DNA of 64,000 bases from Chrysomallon squamiferum (taxonomy: Eukaryota; Animalia; Mollusca). The notes beneath the pieces are model-generated. The model worked only from the letters and a program-made list of their open reading frames with translations. It made no database searches and was not told the DNA's origin. How positions within the stretch are numbered: the stretch's first letter is position 1; every line of letters begins with the position of its first letter. Below are positions 44,250 through 61,881 of the stretch, piece by piece. Position numbers and translations under genes: made by a program. Where the stretch lies: NCBI GenBank assembly GCA_012295275.1, contig CM022670.1, positions 35,464,001-35,528,000 of the forward strand, in the 5' to 3' direction.

Positions 44250-44470
44250 GATCAGTTCCTATAGTAAGAGAAAAAAGCTGTGTTGTCATTCCAACCAGTG
44301 TTTCACAACCGGTGTAATAGATGCCGCAGCATCCTGTGTTATGTTGTCTAGATTGAAATGACCTTATTCGAAAAAAAAAAAAAATATATAATATTAACAG
44401 AAGCGGATCTGTTTCTCGTTATCATGACCATATGAATGACGCAATATAACCGCATATTGAAGTTTTCAAC
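44250..44470 (+). mobile_element. Possible highly decayed SINE remnant
   Basis: ttccaaccagtgtttcacaaccggtgtaa...accatatgaatgacgcaatataaccgc resembles, from memory only, the body and tail of a common gastropod SINE family. Not verified by search. Confidence 0.3.
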
Positions 44471-45415
44471 AAATAAAGTGATAAAAAAAAATAAAAAAAT
44501 AAAAAAAAAAAAAAAAAAATAATAATAATAATAATAAATAAATAAATAAAAAAAATATATATATCTAGTAAATCAATGAACCGCATTATCAAGTCTCTCT
44601 CGCTCTTTTGAAAGCAGTCGTGATCGGCGCGGTACTAACGTTAATAATTCACAACCACGGTAACGGCAGGGAGAACGACAAACAAGTGCTCCCGTTGTTT
44701 GTTTGTTTGTTTGTTTGTTTGTACAACGCTCACTGTATTTATTTCCTGGCCCAAAACGTCTAGCTTTGCCGCTTCAATTCAGTCTTTAAATAAAAGGGTT
44801 ATGTCTTACTTGATAATAAATAGCATGCTGGGAACGATTGGAAAACATTGGCAATTGATCACGTGACCGTCCCATGGGTTTTTGCTGCTTGATGCGTTTT
44901 CCTTCTTATTCGAGATCTGATCGGCCCGCGCTCAAGGCGAATAATCAATGTTTTCATCAACGGGTTATCGTTTCGAGCCTGTCGTTCATTGGAATAACAA
45001 TCATAATTCGCTGGGGACGGATTATGTAAAAATTTGTACTGAACTCTTAAAGCCTGCACGATAAATATTTTTCTTTTCTTCTGCTGCTGCTGCTGCTGTT
45101 GTTGTTGTTGTTGTTGTTGATGTTTGTTGTTGTTTTTAATAACATTTGTGACAGTTGTGCAATGTTGCAACGTGGAAAAAGGTCATCGTGTCGGTTTTAA
45201 GCGGATCACATTTTATGTTAGCTTTAGAAACTCCGTGCACGTTGGTTTAAAGTCAAATATAATAAAATAAATTTCTTTAGTTTTCTGTAATCTTTTATTC
45301 TGGTTTTGGTTGAAATATTTCGTATGAATACGGTTATATGTAAATGTATGTATGTGTTTGGTCTGTGTTTGTGTAATTATGTAATACACTATGTACCTAC
45401 ATACAAACACATTTT

Positions 45416-45450
<35 letters not shown>

Positions 45451-45471
45451 CTATCTATCTATCTGTCTATC

Positions 45472-45505
<34 letters not shown>

Positions 45506-45525
45506 TCTATCTATCTATCTGTCTA

Positions 45526-45576
<51 letters not shown>

Positions 45577-45595
45577 CTATCTATCTATCTGTCTA

Positions 45596-45640
<45 letters not shown>

Positions 45641-46027
45641 GTGTATATACCTACATAAAAACACACACACACACACACACACATATATTTAGCTGCGTGT
45701 GCGTGTGTGTATGTATATACACAAATGTGTTTGTATGCAGGTACATAGTGTATATATGTCTGTCTTGGCTCGAAATTTACAGGCGGTAAATGTCTAATGT
45801 GATACACGAATTAACACTATTTACACTGTTAACAGTATCTACAAAAACCAGTCTCACCTTTTCCATCTCTGTCTCTTTCGAAACGAACATAAATAGATTA
45901 CTAAGCTGCTGTACATTTGACCTGTTACTCTTGTATATTATTACTGCCTGTGACCTCCATCTATTTATATTCTTATTAATATTTGAGAAGCATAAACAGT
46001 TGGGGGTCTGTATGTGTATGCATACGA

Positions 46028-46058
<31 letters not shown>

Positions 46059-46081
46059 CACATATTTATTTATTTATTTAT

Positions 46082-46112
<31 letters not shown>

Positions 46113-46519
46113 AATACATATATAAATACACATGTACGTATACCTACCTACATATATATACATACGAACATACATACATATATATATATATATCATTCTC
46201 AAATATTAATAAGAATATAAATGCAATGAAGTTAGAGACAGTAATAATAAACATATATATATATATATGTATATACAGACACACACACACATTTATATGT
46301 ATGATATATATATATATATATGTGTGTATGTTCGTATGTATATGTAGGTAGATAGGTATACGTATGTGTGTATCTGTATATGTATGTCTCTGTCTGTGTC
46401 TATTTATATGCGTTTTTGCTAATGTATATGTTTATCTCTATACATACACACGCATAAGGCAGACAATTATATACATTTTTAGGTATATGTATGAATCTCT
46501 GTGTGTGAGTGAATGAGTG

Positions 46520-46566
<47 letters not shown>

Positions 46567-47018
46567 ATATGCATACATGCATGAATATATTGGTGTACTG
46601 ACTAAACAATAAAATTCAGCAGTGAAGAATAATTGTTTGCCAACAATGTAGCCGACTCGGTTTCAATCAAAGAGCAAGTTTATACCTGCGCTTTAAATAA
46701 TTAAGCAAAAATAAATCAATATGTTCAGCATGGAGCCGTAATAATTAGATTATGAACCTATTTCACGATGCACCAATACACAGCTTTTATCAGCACTGGC
46801 CTTTACTTCATCATTTGCTTGATTAAACTCGCAAATATATTTATCTTAGTTTACATGTACATTGTGACCTATCGCTGAAAAACAGCATCGAGTGATACAA
46901 TCTTGCATTGTGAGAAATATATTAAAGGAAATGGGTTTGGTACTTACGAAAAGGGAGTTAATATGGGCATGCGCACACAGACACACAGACATACACACAC
47001 ACATATACACACACAGAC

Positions 47019-47056
<38 letters not shown>

Positions 47057-47316
47057 ACCTAATAATGTATCTTTATCAGTACAGTTTCTGTTACAGAAAA
47101 TACATTTAGGTGTAACAATCTTTAACACTTATGTTTTAAAAAATAATTTGCACAAATATACACCATACATGTTTACATATATATATATATATATTCACAT
47201 GCATACAGTATTGTTCTTCCCTTTATTATTAGAAATATCAGTGGCAGTAGTAGAAACAATATTTAGGTGTTTTTTTTATATTTCTATAATTAGGACATTA
47301 AATAAATAAATAAATA

Positions 47317-47347
<31 letters not shown>

Positions 47348-47349
47348 TT

Positions 47350-47436
<87 letters not shown>

Positions 47437-47443
47437 TAAATAC

Positions 47444-47474
<31 letters not shown>

Positions 47475-47860
47475 TGTACTTATTTAATGTCCTAATTTCC
47501 AGATAAAACAATATCAATCTTTTTTCTGGCAACGTTTATTTTTCATACAGGGGTGCTAACAGTCTAATGCGTTTGTCGCGAACCTTTGGTGCACTTTGTA
47601 TACATAACACAAAGAACGAGATGAAGAGAAAGGATGAACAATACATCAGTAACACTGTCTACGCTTTCTTTGTTTTCATAACAACTGTAATAATGTCTTC
47701 CCACGAACTGTCCATGTGATTTTTTTTTCAAGGTCAGGTGAGATCAGACATAATATTATATATTATATTATTTTATTCTTTCTTTCTTTCTTTCTTTAAT
47801 TTTTAATTTTATTTTTTATTTTATTTATTTTTATTATTATTTTATTATTATTATTATTTT

Positions 47861-47896
<36 letters not shown>

Positions 47897-49239
47897 ATAG
47901 TAAGGTGGTGAAACATGAGTAGGATTAACTATACTCATCAGGCAAAATTTCTCTGTCGACGAATCAATGACTCATATTGATGCAGCGATCGACTCTGCAG
48001 GACAAATTCACAAATAAAACACCCTGGACCAAGTATCAAACTACTTCAAATATTAATCGATATTTACCATAGAGATGAATATTTATAGCAACTACTTGTC
48101 ACGTACTTGGTATTTAGCGTCACCTAGGCTACAATTATCCACGTTAGATATAAGACGAGCCAAATGCTCTCATAATTATCCTGTACATGTACGTCGTTGC
48201 GAATATACATTTACAATTAACTAACCCTATATAATTGATTAATGACGGTGGGGATTGTTTTGTCGTGGTCCATAGAAACGTTTCTATTAACCACTCGTCA
48301 TGCCTAATTACTGAACCATTTATTTATCTCCTACATAAATACATACAGTTCCATTGTTATAAAGGCTTAATGTGGCAACAGTTGATGCTTTGGATTTTTT
48401 TTTTTTTTTTTTCTTTTCTTTTCTCATTTTTATCAGGAATGTAGATGATAATCCTTCCTTTTATGCATGCAATTTATGGCACAACCATATTCGTTTACTC
48501 ACCAGTTACGTTGACTTTGGTTCGTTTGACGTCTGCTGACGGAAGGCTTCCACATTCGGTAGAAGTCTGGCAGTAAAGCTAATGTCAGTCATATTAACGG
48601 AGAAAGAAGGTTCAGGTCTAGATTTTTTTTTTTTTTTTATTTTTTTTATCTTTTTTTTTTTCTTTCTCCCCGTCTATCGACTATCCATGACAATAATTCA
48701 CCGAAGCGGGTCGGATCAATCCATTTTCACAAGCTGCAAACGACGACATTAGAACACAGGCGAAAATCCCAAGCACATAACGCGCACAGAACAAACGTTC
48801 GGGCTAATATTCCATATGTTTTGCGTGCATCGTTAATGTTAAAACAGTAGGTAGAAGATTATCGCAGCCAGGAGTACATCCTAGTTGGAAATATGACCCA
48901 GTTTCCTAAAAGCCTGTTCGTCAATAATAACAAGATCCATAATGAGACAGTATTGATCGAGACAATATGGCCGCCAAACTCTCTGCGCAGCCTCCATCTT
49001 GCCCGCAGACAATGCCGTTAAAAGCTGTCTCATAAGCGAAATAATTGAGAAAGCGGGATTGGAGCTCGCTGAGAAAGCCCGAGGTGTGGCCTGTCGTAGG
49101 ATCGAGTCTTGTCACTGTATATCCTTCGGCTTGTAGAGATAACATTCTGACCCTACTGTCTTTTAGGTTCTGCTGTTGCTCGTGGCCATAATCTTTTGTT
49201 TTTATGGGGAGTCATAATCATTATGTATAACTATGATTT

Positions 49240-49311
<72 letters not shown>

Positions 49312-49817
49312 ATCATTGTATATAACTATGATTTTTTTTCTTTTTTTTTTCTTTAATCTGACATTTAATATATTTTTTTACAAGGACAATACTAAAATCA
49401 GGCTGCTTAATCATTCTAATGAAGTTATCAATCAATACTAGTAAACCAGTTTTTTTTAGTCATTTTTTTTCTGTTTATCGAAGGACATTTTGAAAACATT
49501 ACATTGTAGTATCACACCTAAAAAAAAATAAATAATAATGAAAAAAAAGAAATTTAAGCCATGAATTAAAAAGATATAAATATTAATATCTTCCTTTTTT
49601 TTTTTTTTTTTTTATCGAAGGATTTTTTTTAACGATTTTACTAAATTACATATTTTAAATATTTATTTTTGTAAAAATACATGGCATTTTTATTTCCTTG
49701 GGTTTTTTTACAGAGACTAATTATATTTTCTGTTTATTTGTTTGAATCTATATGGCATTTTTCTTTCTCTCTTTCTCTCTCTAATTATATTTTCTGTTTC
49801 TTTGTTTCAATCTATAT

Positions 49818-49848
<31 letters not shown>

Positions 49849-50094
49849 GCTTGATCTCCAAATGTTTCTCACCTAGAAGACACTGATCCCTGAAGTCAGT
49901 GAATATTTCAAGCCAAAGATTATAAACAAAATAATTAAAAACCTAGTCACTGTGTTCATTTTCTATTACCCACGTGGTATTTGCCCACCAAAACCACACA
50001 TTCACTCATTCTTATAACCTCCTTTCTCATAAACTGTAACGGCCAGTGTATTTCACTATTTTTTAATCATCATGAACTACATGCATTAATCGAA

Positions 50095-50129
<35 letters not shown>

Positions 50130-50472
50130 TATTAATAATAATAATAATAATTTATTAGTTTACTTACTTCTATTTTGTTTCATTTAATTTTTTTTCTTTC
50201 CTTCCTTCTTTCTTTCTTTAGTCCTTTTTTTTTTTTACATTTATTTATTTGCTTACATACTTATTTACTTAGTAATTTTATTTTTATTTACTTACTTATC
50301 TTAGTTTTAATTTTCTTATTTACTCATTGATTTCTTTCTTTATCTGTTTGTTCTCGAGATCGGTGATAATTAAGAGCTTACCTCATTAAATGAAAATAAT
50401 AATAATAACAATAATAATAATAACTAATAATAATGATAATAATAATAACTAATAATAATGGTAATAATGATA

Positions 50473-50509
<37 letters not shown>

Positions 50510-51289
50510 TTAAGAAGAATAATAATGTGCACAAATTTATTTATCAATTTATTTTAATATTTATTTTATATTATTTTTCTTTATTTAATTACTTACAAAA
50601 TTTATTTTTATTTACGTATTTATTTTAATTTAATTTTATTTATTTCTATATCGTTAACTTATTTATTTTTTAATTTATTTATTTATTCTCTAGATCGGTG
50701 AATAGTTAAAAAAAAAAAAAAAAAAAATGCCTATGCTAAATGTTTTTCTATTACAGCCTTGTGTAGTAATTTAATAATGATAATAATGAGATTTCTTTCA
50801 GTTTTTCGATTAGTGGCGAGGATATTTCATAAATATACTTTTCAACAGCTTAAACTGCGGAAACACACACAAGAAAAACTACAAGGTATTTAATCCGCGT
50901 TATAAGATAATAACATATCTAAGCGATTTAGTAGTTCAAGTTACATTTAGGTCATCCAAACAGCTTGCTAAACTCATCGTTCTTGTTTTATCTTTTCTTT
51001 TTCTTTCTTTTTTTTCTTTTGAAGAAAAACAAGGTGACGTGTAACAATTTCCAAGAAGTTCTATTTTCACGACAAAAAGGTATTAAAGTATATAATTACG
51101 GACATTAGCAGGAGTAAAGAAAACAAAGCACAGTGGAACCACCAACAAGGATAGACCCCGCAGCTGTTCGACCCAGAAGCATGTTTTATTTCACAGCGCT
51201 ACTGCTCGTGTGAAAAACTGCAAGAAAATACTTAAACTGGGACATCAGCAAACAAGACACCGATCACATCTTAACGACTCAACAGTGCA

Positions 51290-53300
<2,011 letters not shown>

Positions 53301-53365
53301 TGTTTTTAAATGTTTTTTTTATATATACATAGAAATACACATACGTATACATATACATACATATA

Positions 53366-53410
<45 letters not shown>

Positions 53411-53873
53411 CATCATTATTATTTATTTACATATTTTTTATTTATATTAAACGAACGTTAAAGGTATATGAATTCTATAAAAATTTTATAATGTTAACAT
53501 CGTACGAGTACAGAAACTATTAAGTTTTTTGCACCTGCAGTAATAAGCACTAGACATAACTTATATACTCCTAAGTGTTGAACAAAACATTAAAACAAAT
53601 AATGTCGAAGACATTAAATAACGTACTATCTTCAGAGAAAAACAGTAATAATTTCGAAAACATCAAAATGGCATAGTATTTACAACTAAAAACTAAGTAA
53701 GCACTTATGTAAATATGTACATTTATTGATTTTGTTTCTATTTTTCTTTTACTGTTTTTTTTTTAAATTATTATTTCATTATTTTTATACGTTGACTGAT
53801 TTTTTTATTGACTATCATCATTATTTTCTCATCATCATCATCATCATCATCATTTTTCTACTTTTCTAGAACA

Positions 53874-54119
53874 ATGGGCTTAATAAGTTCCAAGTTAGAA
53901 AGCTATTTCTTAGCTGACAGAGAACCCCGTGAAAATATTTACAAGTACATTGACAGAAAGATTCAGCCAGATACTCGTTATCTCGACATGTGTGCCCAGA
54001 CGGTTGACGAAGTTGTACAATACCTGTACCAAAACCTTTCGACTAAACTTCAAGAGGATCTGTATTGGAAACTGAGTAGTTATCAGTTGAGACAAGTCAA
54101 CGTCAAGAGAATTTTGAAG
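53874..54119 (+). CDS. OAS1-like: OAS-like nucleotidyltransferase, coding exon 1
   Basis: ttttctag|AACA ATG GGC...TTG AAG|gtacac; 82 codons, MGLISSKLESYFLADREPRENIYKYIDRKIQPDTRYLDMCAQTVDEVVQYLYQN...VNVKRILK, matching the OAS N-terminal pattern (I..lqP...l......vd.i...L). Confidence 0.92.
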
Positions 54120-54759
54120 GTACACGCATTTGGAAGTTTTCTTCTTTTTTGTTTTTATACATTTCTTTATTTTTATTTTTATTTTTTTATTTAGAAAGTT
54201 TTTTTTATTTATATTTTTTTAAAGTTTCTTTTCATTATTATTATTTTTTTTTTTTTTTTTTTTTTTTTTGTTGATAGGTGATATTTAGTTCTTTTAAACG
54301 TTATTAAAAATGAACATCATCGATAACAGCGATATCTCTCAGGACGATGATGATAATCATGATGATAATAATGATGATAATGAAAGTTGTGATCAGTAAA
54401 CTGTTTTCTACTTACTGTTGTGTAGATGATGTGTGCATAGCTGCGCTTATTTCTTGGTTGCAACAGAGAAATTTATGTCTCTGTGTTTAAATAAGTATAT
54501 GTGTGGATGTTTCTGTGTGTATATGTATGTGTAACATATCAAAACAGTTATATGTGAACGTGTTGGTGTATGTATTTCTGTTACATACATACATACACAC
54601 ATATATATATATATTTATACACACACACACACACTTACATACATACATACATTTGTAGCACACGTCTTACCTTTTACAGATCGTTAATTGTGAATTAAAA
54701 CCACTTTTTTAATCTGAAGAATAATATCTACATACTGTTTTGTCTTTCTTACTTTTCAG

Positions 54760-55039
54760 AGCGGATCACTTGGCAAATCGACTGCCGTGAAAGAAAAATC
54801 CGACATTGATTTAATCATTTTCCTGAACGGGATATCCAGTATCAAGGAACTGAGTGAACTAATGCCCAGCATATTGAGCTGTTTAAGAAACATGATGTTA
54901 GAAATGTTGAACAGCAGCAGAGTGAAAGGGATTGAAGTCAAACGCGTGACGAAGTTTTCCGTTGGTCTCATACTTACAACTCGTGATGGTTCAAAGATTG
55001 AAATGGATTTGCTTCCAGCACTGGACATCACTAAGTCAC
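54760..55039 (+). CDS. OAS1-like: OAS-like exon 2, catalytic NTase core
   Basis: ttttcag|AGC GGA TCA CTT GGC AAA...TCA C|gtacgt; encodes SGSLGKSTAVKEKSDIDLIIFLN...KIEMDLLPALD, carrying the GS loop, DxD and third Asp of the OAS/cGAS family. Confidence 0.96.
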
Positions 55040-55159
55040 GTACGTAGATTATTCATAGAATTCAAAAATTAATATAATTTCATTATATGCAGCCAAACTC
55101 CTACATACTACTTAGGTAAAGTATTAATTGTGTGGAGACTGAGACTGTGACTGACACAG

Positions 55160-55210
55160 TCGCTCTTCACAGCAGCTTGCTCTGATTAGCACGTTAATTC
55201 TTCACTCACT
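55160..55210 (+). mobile_element. Short SINE/LINE-like 3'-end fragment in OAS intron 2
   Basis: cagcagcttgctctgattagcacgttaattcttcactcact is the diverged reverse complement of the start of the 62317-62483 insertion. Confidence 0.6.
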
Positions 55211-55582
55211 GTTTATACAGCATTAGTCCAAACATTCAAAACAAATTTTAGACTGTTGAAGATAATACTGTTTCAGAAGATCAACATTGATTTAAGTGTA
55301 TCTTTCTTGGTATGAAGACATAGTCCAAACACATTCACCTTTTATAATTAATATTTTTCTTCTGCAGCTTTCATTCATACCTCCACATTAACACAATCAT
55401 CACTGTCTCGTGGCCATGATCCGTCTTGATTTCCAAAGAAATCTGACGTGCATGTATGCATATTTGCTGGATAAAAACGTCCATTTCTGTGTTTATTGTA
55501 CTTTATTGTCAAACACCTGGAATCAAATAACAAAGCTCTATATACAAACGTTTACACAGGAAAACCCATTTTTTACCCACAG

Positions 55583-55743
55583 AATCTTTGGAGGATATTT
55601 ATCAAGAAATGGAGTCCTGTGATGAAGACCTTCGACGATACTACTCTTCAAGTCTCTCGCCAATTCAAAAAGATTTCGTAAACAGCTTTACCTACCCACC
55701 CAAAGTGAAAAATCTCATCAGATTCATGAAATTTTGGGCAAAG
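55583..55743 (+). CDS. OAS1-like: OAS-like exon 3
   Basis: cacag|AA TCT TTG...GCA AAG|gtatgt; encodes SLEDIYQEMESCDEDLRRYYSSSLSPIQKDFVNSFTYPPKVKNLIRFMKFWAK, matching OAS ...Q+xF....P.K+K.LIR++KxW. Confidence 0.96.
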
Positions 55744-56062
55744 GTATGTTGTAGTTATAACAATATTTTTAACTGCTACTCAAACATTGGTTTCCTTTAA
55801 TTATAGTCTGTATATGTATTTATTTTTTCGTAGAAGGAAATGTTCCTAAGAAATAATTGCGGTGAAGATTTTTATTATCGTCGTTCTTTAATATTATTTG
55901 CATTTGTCACTCTATTGTTCTTCTTTTCACCATCATCGTATTTTTATATGTGATATCGCCTTAGAAAATAAATTCAGTTATACTTCAATCAATCTTCTGT
56001 TACTTTAGTTTTCCCTCCTCCTTCTTCTTCTTCTTTACTTTTAAAATTCTATTATCACACAG

Positions 56063-56280
56063 GTAGAAGACGTTCCGCTCAGATCCTATTTTATTGAGTT
56101 ATTAGTCATCTACAACAATCGGATGAATGATAGAGAGTTCTCGATGAGCTGCAGCTACTCAGACTTTGCCCTTTATGATCATATGAAAGAGTGCCTACAC
56201 ATTCTTACCAAATGTGAGACCTTGAAGATAACGTTCTCAGACAACTACGACTACAGAAACTATGGGAAACCACCTTTTTC
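56063..56280 (+). CDS. OAS1-like: OAS-like exon 4 (not in the ORF track)
   Basis: cacag|GTA GAA GAC...TTT TC|gttagt; encodes VEDVPLRSYFIELLVIYNNR...LHILTKCETLKITFSDNYDYRNYGKPPF, compare OAS YALELLTIY; phase 0-2. Confidence 0.92.
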
Positions 56281-56311
56281 GTTAGTATAATATGAATTAT
56301 CAATTCTTCGT

Positions 56312-56384
<73 letters not shown>

Positions 56385-56955
56385 CGACGGTTGGAAAAAC
56401 CACTCTCATCATTCCATGATTTGCTTTCATCTATCATCAGGAAGAGTTATTTTCATATACACTCATATATTTAAGAACAAAATAAGTTTTATAACCACTG
56501 AAATAGGATATAGTTCAAAGTCCGCACAGAGGATGTTAGTAATTCTTTATCATTTTTCCTTTAATTCTGAACGTTCGAAAGTAAGAAATCGAAGAATATT
56601 CCAACATTTGATATATTAAAATTTTCATTGTCTTTTAAATAATTTTTTTAAAGATACTCTGGAGTATTGTTCTTGTTAGTTGGTCAAGAAAAACCAAATA
56701 CCAATGTTGCGTAAGTACACGGCATTTTTTCCCTTTCGGTTACATACTAACTAAAATTCGAAATTCTCTGATGAAGTTATCTGAAATTAATATATGTATA
56801 TGTGTGTGCCTGCATCTGTGTGTTTGTGTGTGTGTTTGTGAGTGTGTGTGTGTGTGTGTGACTGTGCGTGCGAGTGTGTGTGTGGAAACAGATGTAGTAC
56901 TCTGAGAATAACATACGTTATACTTTTCACGTTTCTCATATCCTTTTATTTACAG

Positions 56956-57082
56956 AACACTTCCATATCTTCTTGACCCGGCCAATCCATTCATGAATGT
57001 AGCACCGAGTCCAGAAAAGGCTTTTATTGTAAGCATGAAGGCAAAAGAACTCCTCGACAACTGGGATCGCATATTTCCATAA
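56956..57082 (+). CDS. OAS1-like: OAS-like terminal exon (not in the ORF track)
   Basis: tttacag|A ACA CTT CCA...CCA TAA; encodes TLPYLLDPANPFMNVAPSPEKAFIVSMKAKELLDNWDRIFP*, compare OAS PVILDPADPTxNV. The five exons sum to 1032 nt, i.e. 343 aa plus stop. Confidence 0.94.
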
Positions 57083-57940
57083 CAGAAATAAATTCAGGAT
57101 TCTTTGTGCAATATGATTATAGCTGAAGGACTGAAAAATATAAACTTTACACAATAAGATCAATTTCTTGGCAGTCTAGAATCTAGTCTAAAATAATTGT
57201 TTTCTTTGACAGGTATTTCAATCATTGCTGATTTTTCTTATTATCGTTACTGATTGTTTATTCTAATCTGAAAAAAATCGCTTCTATTGAAAGTATTAAT
57301 GTGGTGTAATTCATATTTCGTGTTGTTGTTTTGATTGTAACATCATTGTTTCAGTTCTAGAAACGAAGTATCTAAAATAATTAGATTAATCATTTAGTTT
57401 CACAATTTAAAATTAATTAGTTATGAAGTATAATCAAGATTTAAGAATGACTAACACAAAATAAGTTTAATATTAACTGTAATAATTAACGGTTAATTAC
57501 GAAATACAGTTATAAAACAATATGTTTACAATTGCTTCAGCGTTTTTTATTTTTATTTTTAAGCAAAACAAAAAGCGATATAACACAAAACTCACACGAT
57601 TAAAAATAGGGTAAAAGGAACAGACAATTAAAATTACTAGTCGAACAGATATGTCATTTCGGTGGCGCATAATAAAATTTGATACCTCGTTATGTTTCTA
57701 AAGCCATGTGAAATTATTCTTACAGATTATGTTTAGCTGTCATTAAAAGTTGCACTGTTTATAAAAAACAAACAATGCAAATCAAGAAAAAAGACAACAC
57801 TCGAGCGACGGCTGATGTGCACAAAGCAGTTTTCCGATTCTTTTTCTGCTGTAACTGACACAGTCTGAGTTTTACTTTAGAACAGAAAAGCAAAAGCAAC
57901 GCGTTTAGTCCATATTCCGGACCGGGTCAGTTAACTATTT

Positions 57941-59433
<1,493 letters not shown>

Positions 59434-59637
59434 CTGTTCTGCAATGAGAAACAAAATACGGTTTATCAAATGTTTGTAAAATGATTTACTGAATGTCAAA
59501 GTTCCTGCATATATGTGATCTCTAATTTTACAAATAAATCATAAACTGCACAAAAGCAAAATCCTAAATAAAAAGATATTTCGAAATTAACTTTTTATTT
59601 CTCAGACTTCCACATAAGCACAGAAACACGCGTAATG

Positions 59638-59692
<55 letters not shown>

Positions 59693-59890
59693 TACAGATA
59701 GATATTTTAAACAATGTTTTTTTGTTTTCATTTTCTGCATTGCATTGCTTCTTTTTTTTTCTGAAATCAATCTTCTTCGGTTATATGTTATTTTTATTAT
59801 TAGAATAATAATAATATCAGTCTTTGATAATTTCTACGCAGCTTGTTTGTTTTGTTTGTTCTGCCACATTTCGTTTGTTCTGCCACATTC

Positions 59891-59953
59891 TGAGTGATGG
59901 ATTTGGGTTTACCCTTCCGAAATTGACTTCGGTATCAATTTCCTTAGCTTCGG
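59891..59953 (-). pseudogene. Third, deleted fragment of the vitellogenin-like terminal exon
   Basis: tgagtgatggatttgggtttacccttc...ttgacttcggtatcaatttccttagcttcgg matches 57981-58059 with an internal deletion. Confidence 0.7.
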
Positions 59954-59954
59954 A

Positions 59955-60115
59955 AGACCCAAACAACTTCATCTATTAATTAATCACCATTCTGTATTGT
60001 CTTTGACCAAATGGAACAAAACCTTAAATCGCTTATTTTATGCGTACACGTATGTATGTGTATCTGTATATATATATACATTATTATTAATATTCATATT
60101 TTCATTATTATTATT

Positions 60116-60148
<33 letters not shown>

Positions 60149-60607
60149 AATGTATTTTTTGTTGAAATTTCTCAGTATCCCTGTGGACCAGTTGGTGATC
60201 AACACTTATATTCGAAATGCTATGTATAGACTGATGCCTTACAAAGTAGGTTAGTACCTGATGCATCTGTATCTCTGTATACATGTACTCCTTGCATGAC
60301 TGTAATGAAAACTGTCACCTATTAAATACAATATTAAAATATTTTCTCTTTTTCATTATTTTCATTTCTTTTCTTTTCTTTTCATTTCTTTTTGTTTTAT
60401 TTTTTCTTTGTTTGTGCGTATGTATATCTGAATGAGAATCTTAATACTATAACTTTAATTAAATTATAATAATATTTTACCTGGTCATTTTAACCAAACA
60501 GACCTAAACAGGTCCATTTATTAATCAAGTAAATGGAACAAAACCTTTAATCACTGATTGATTTTATATCTGTATGTGTCTATATAAATATATATACATA
60601 CAGATAA

Positions 60608-60649
<42 letters not shown>

Positions 60650-60717
60650 CATCATCATCATCATCATCATCATTATTATTATTATTATTAATATTATTAT
60701 CATCATCATCATCATCA

Positions 60718-60748
<31 letters not shown>

Positions 60749-61801
60749 CATCATCATCATCATTATTATTATTAATGCACTTCTTATCAAAATTTCTCAG
60801 TATCCCTGTGGACCAGTTAGGGATCAACTGTTATGATCGAAATGCTATTTATAGACTGATATTTAAGAAAGTACGGTTAGTACCTGATCCTACTCTATCT
60901 CTGTACTCATGTACACCTTGCACGACTGAGATAAAAACTGTCACCTATTAATACTATCGTAGTTTTGCAAGTTACACTCAGATTGTCCTAAAAACATGCT
61001 CTAGTTATCGCCCCTTTTCGAAGAAAAACCAACAACATGACGTGTTAGAATTTTATTTCTTTATTCGGATTTCTGACAAGTAATTCATTTGGCAGCACAA
61101 ATTTTAGGTAAGTTATTTTATACTTTAATAAATAGCAGGCGACAAAACAAAGATATATTCACATACCGTTAACAGGTGAACTACTGTAATTTTATCAGAT
61201 CTATACTGTTACGAGATTTAACTCTATTTAGGTTACAGGGGAGATACAGCAAAACAGTCTATTTACGGAGCAGAAACAGGTTTTACATGTAGTTCGTATG
61301 ACGGATGTGTTATTCATAAAGGAAGCATTCAGATAGATTTTGTTAATCTTTAGATGTAAAATAGCTTCAGAGAAATTTTGAGATAAGTAACGACAAATAG
61401 CTGAAAGTGTAATAGCCGATGTGCGACAGAGTTGTAGATAGTTTTCTGAAAGAATTGTTACGGAGAAAATTTTTAAATACAATATTAAAATACTTTTCTC
61501 TTTTTCTTTTTCATTATTTTCTTTCTTTTTTTTTTTCTTTTCTTTTCTTTTCACTTCGTATGTTTGTGTGTATGTCTGAATGAGGAACCTTAATACTATT
61601 ATTTTAATTAAATTAAAAAGATTTGAAAGATTTTTCCGTAACAGTTCTATCTGAACACCGTCTGGTGTACTCGTCTAAACAAGCCCATTTATTAATCAAG
61701 TAATCATTCTGTATTGTTTCTGGGCAAATGGAACAAAGCCTTTAATCACGGATTGATTTTATATGTGTATGTGTCTATATAAATATAGACACATACATAT
61801 C

Positions 61802-61881
<80 letters not shown>

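Noticed and set aside
61285-61446. KINKIYLNASFMNNTSV resembling an NTase GS loop on the - strand
   Set aside because: No Gly-Ser and no following DxD, and sister copies read NYLNAPFMN, so the resemblance is probably coincidental.
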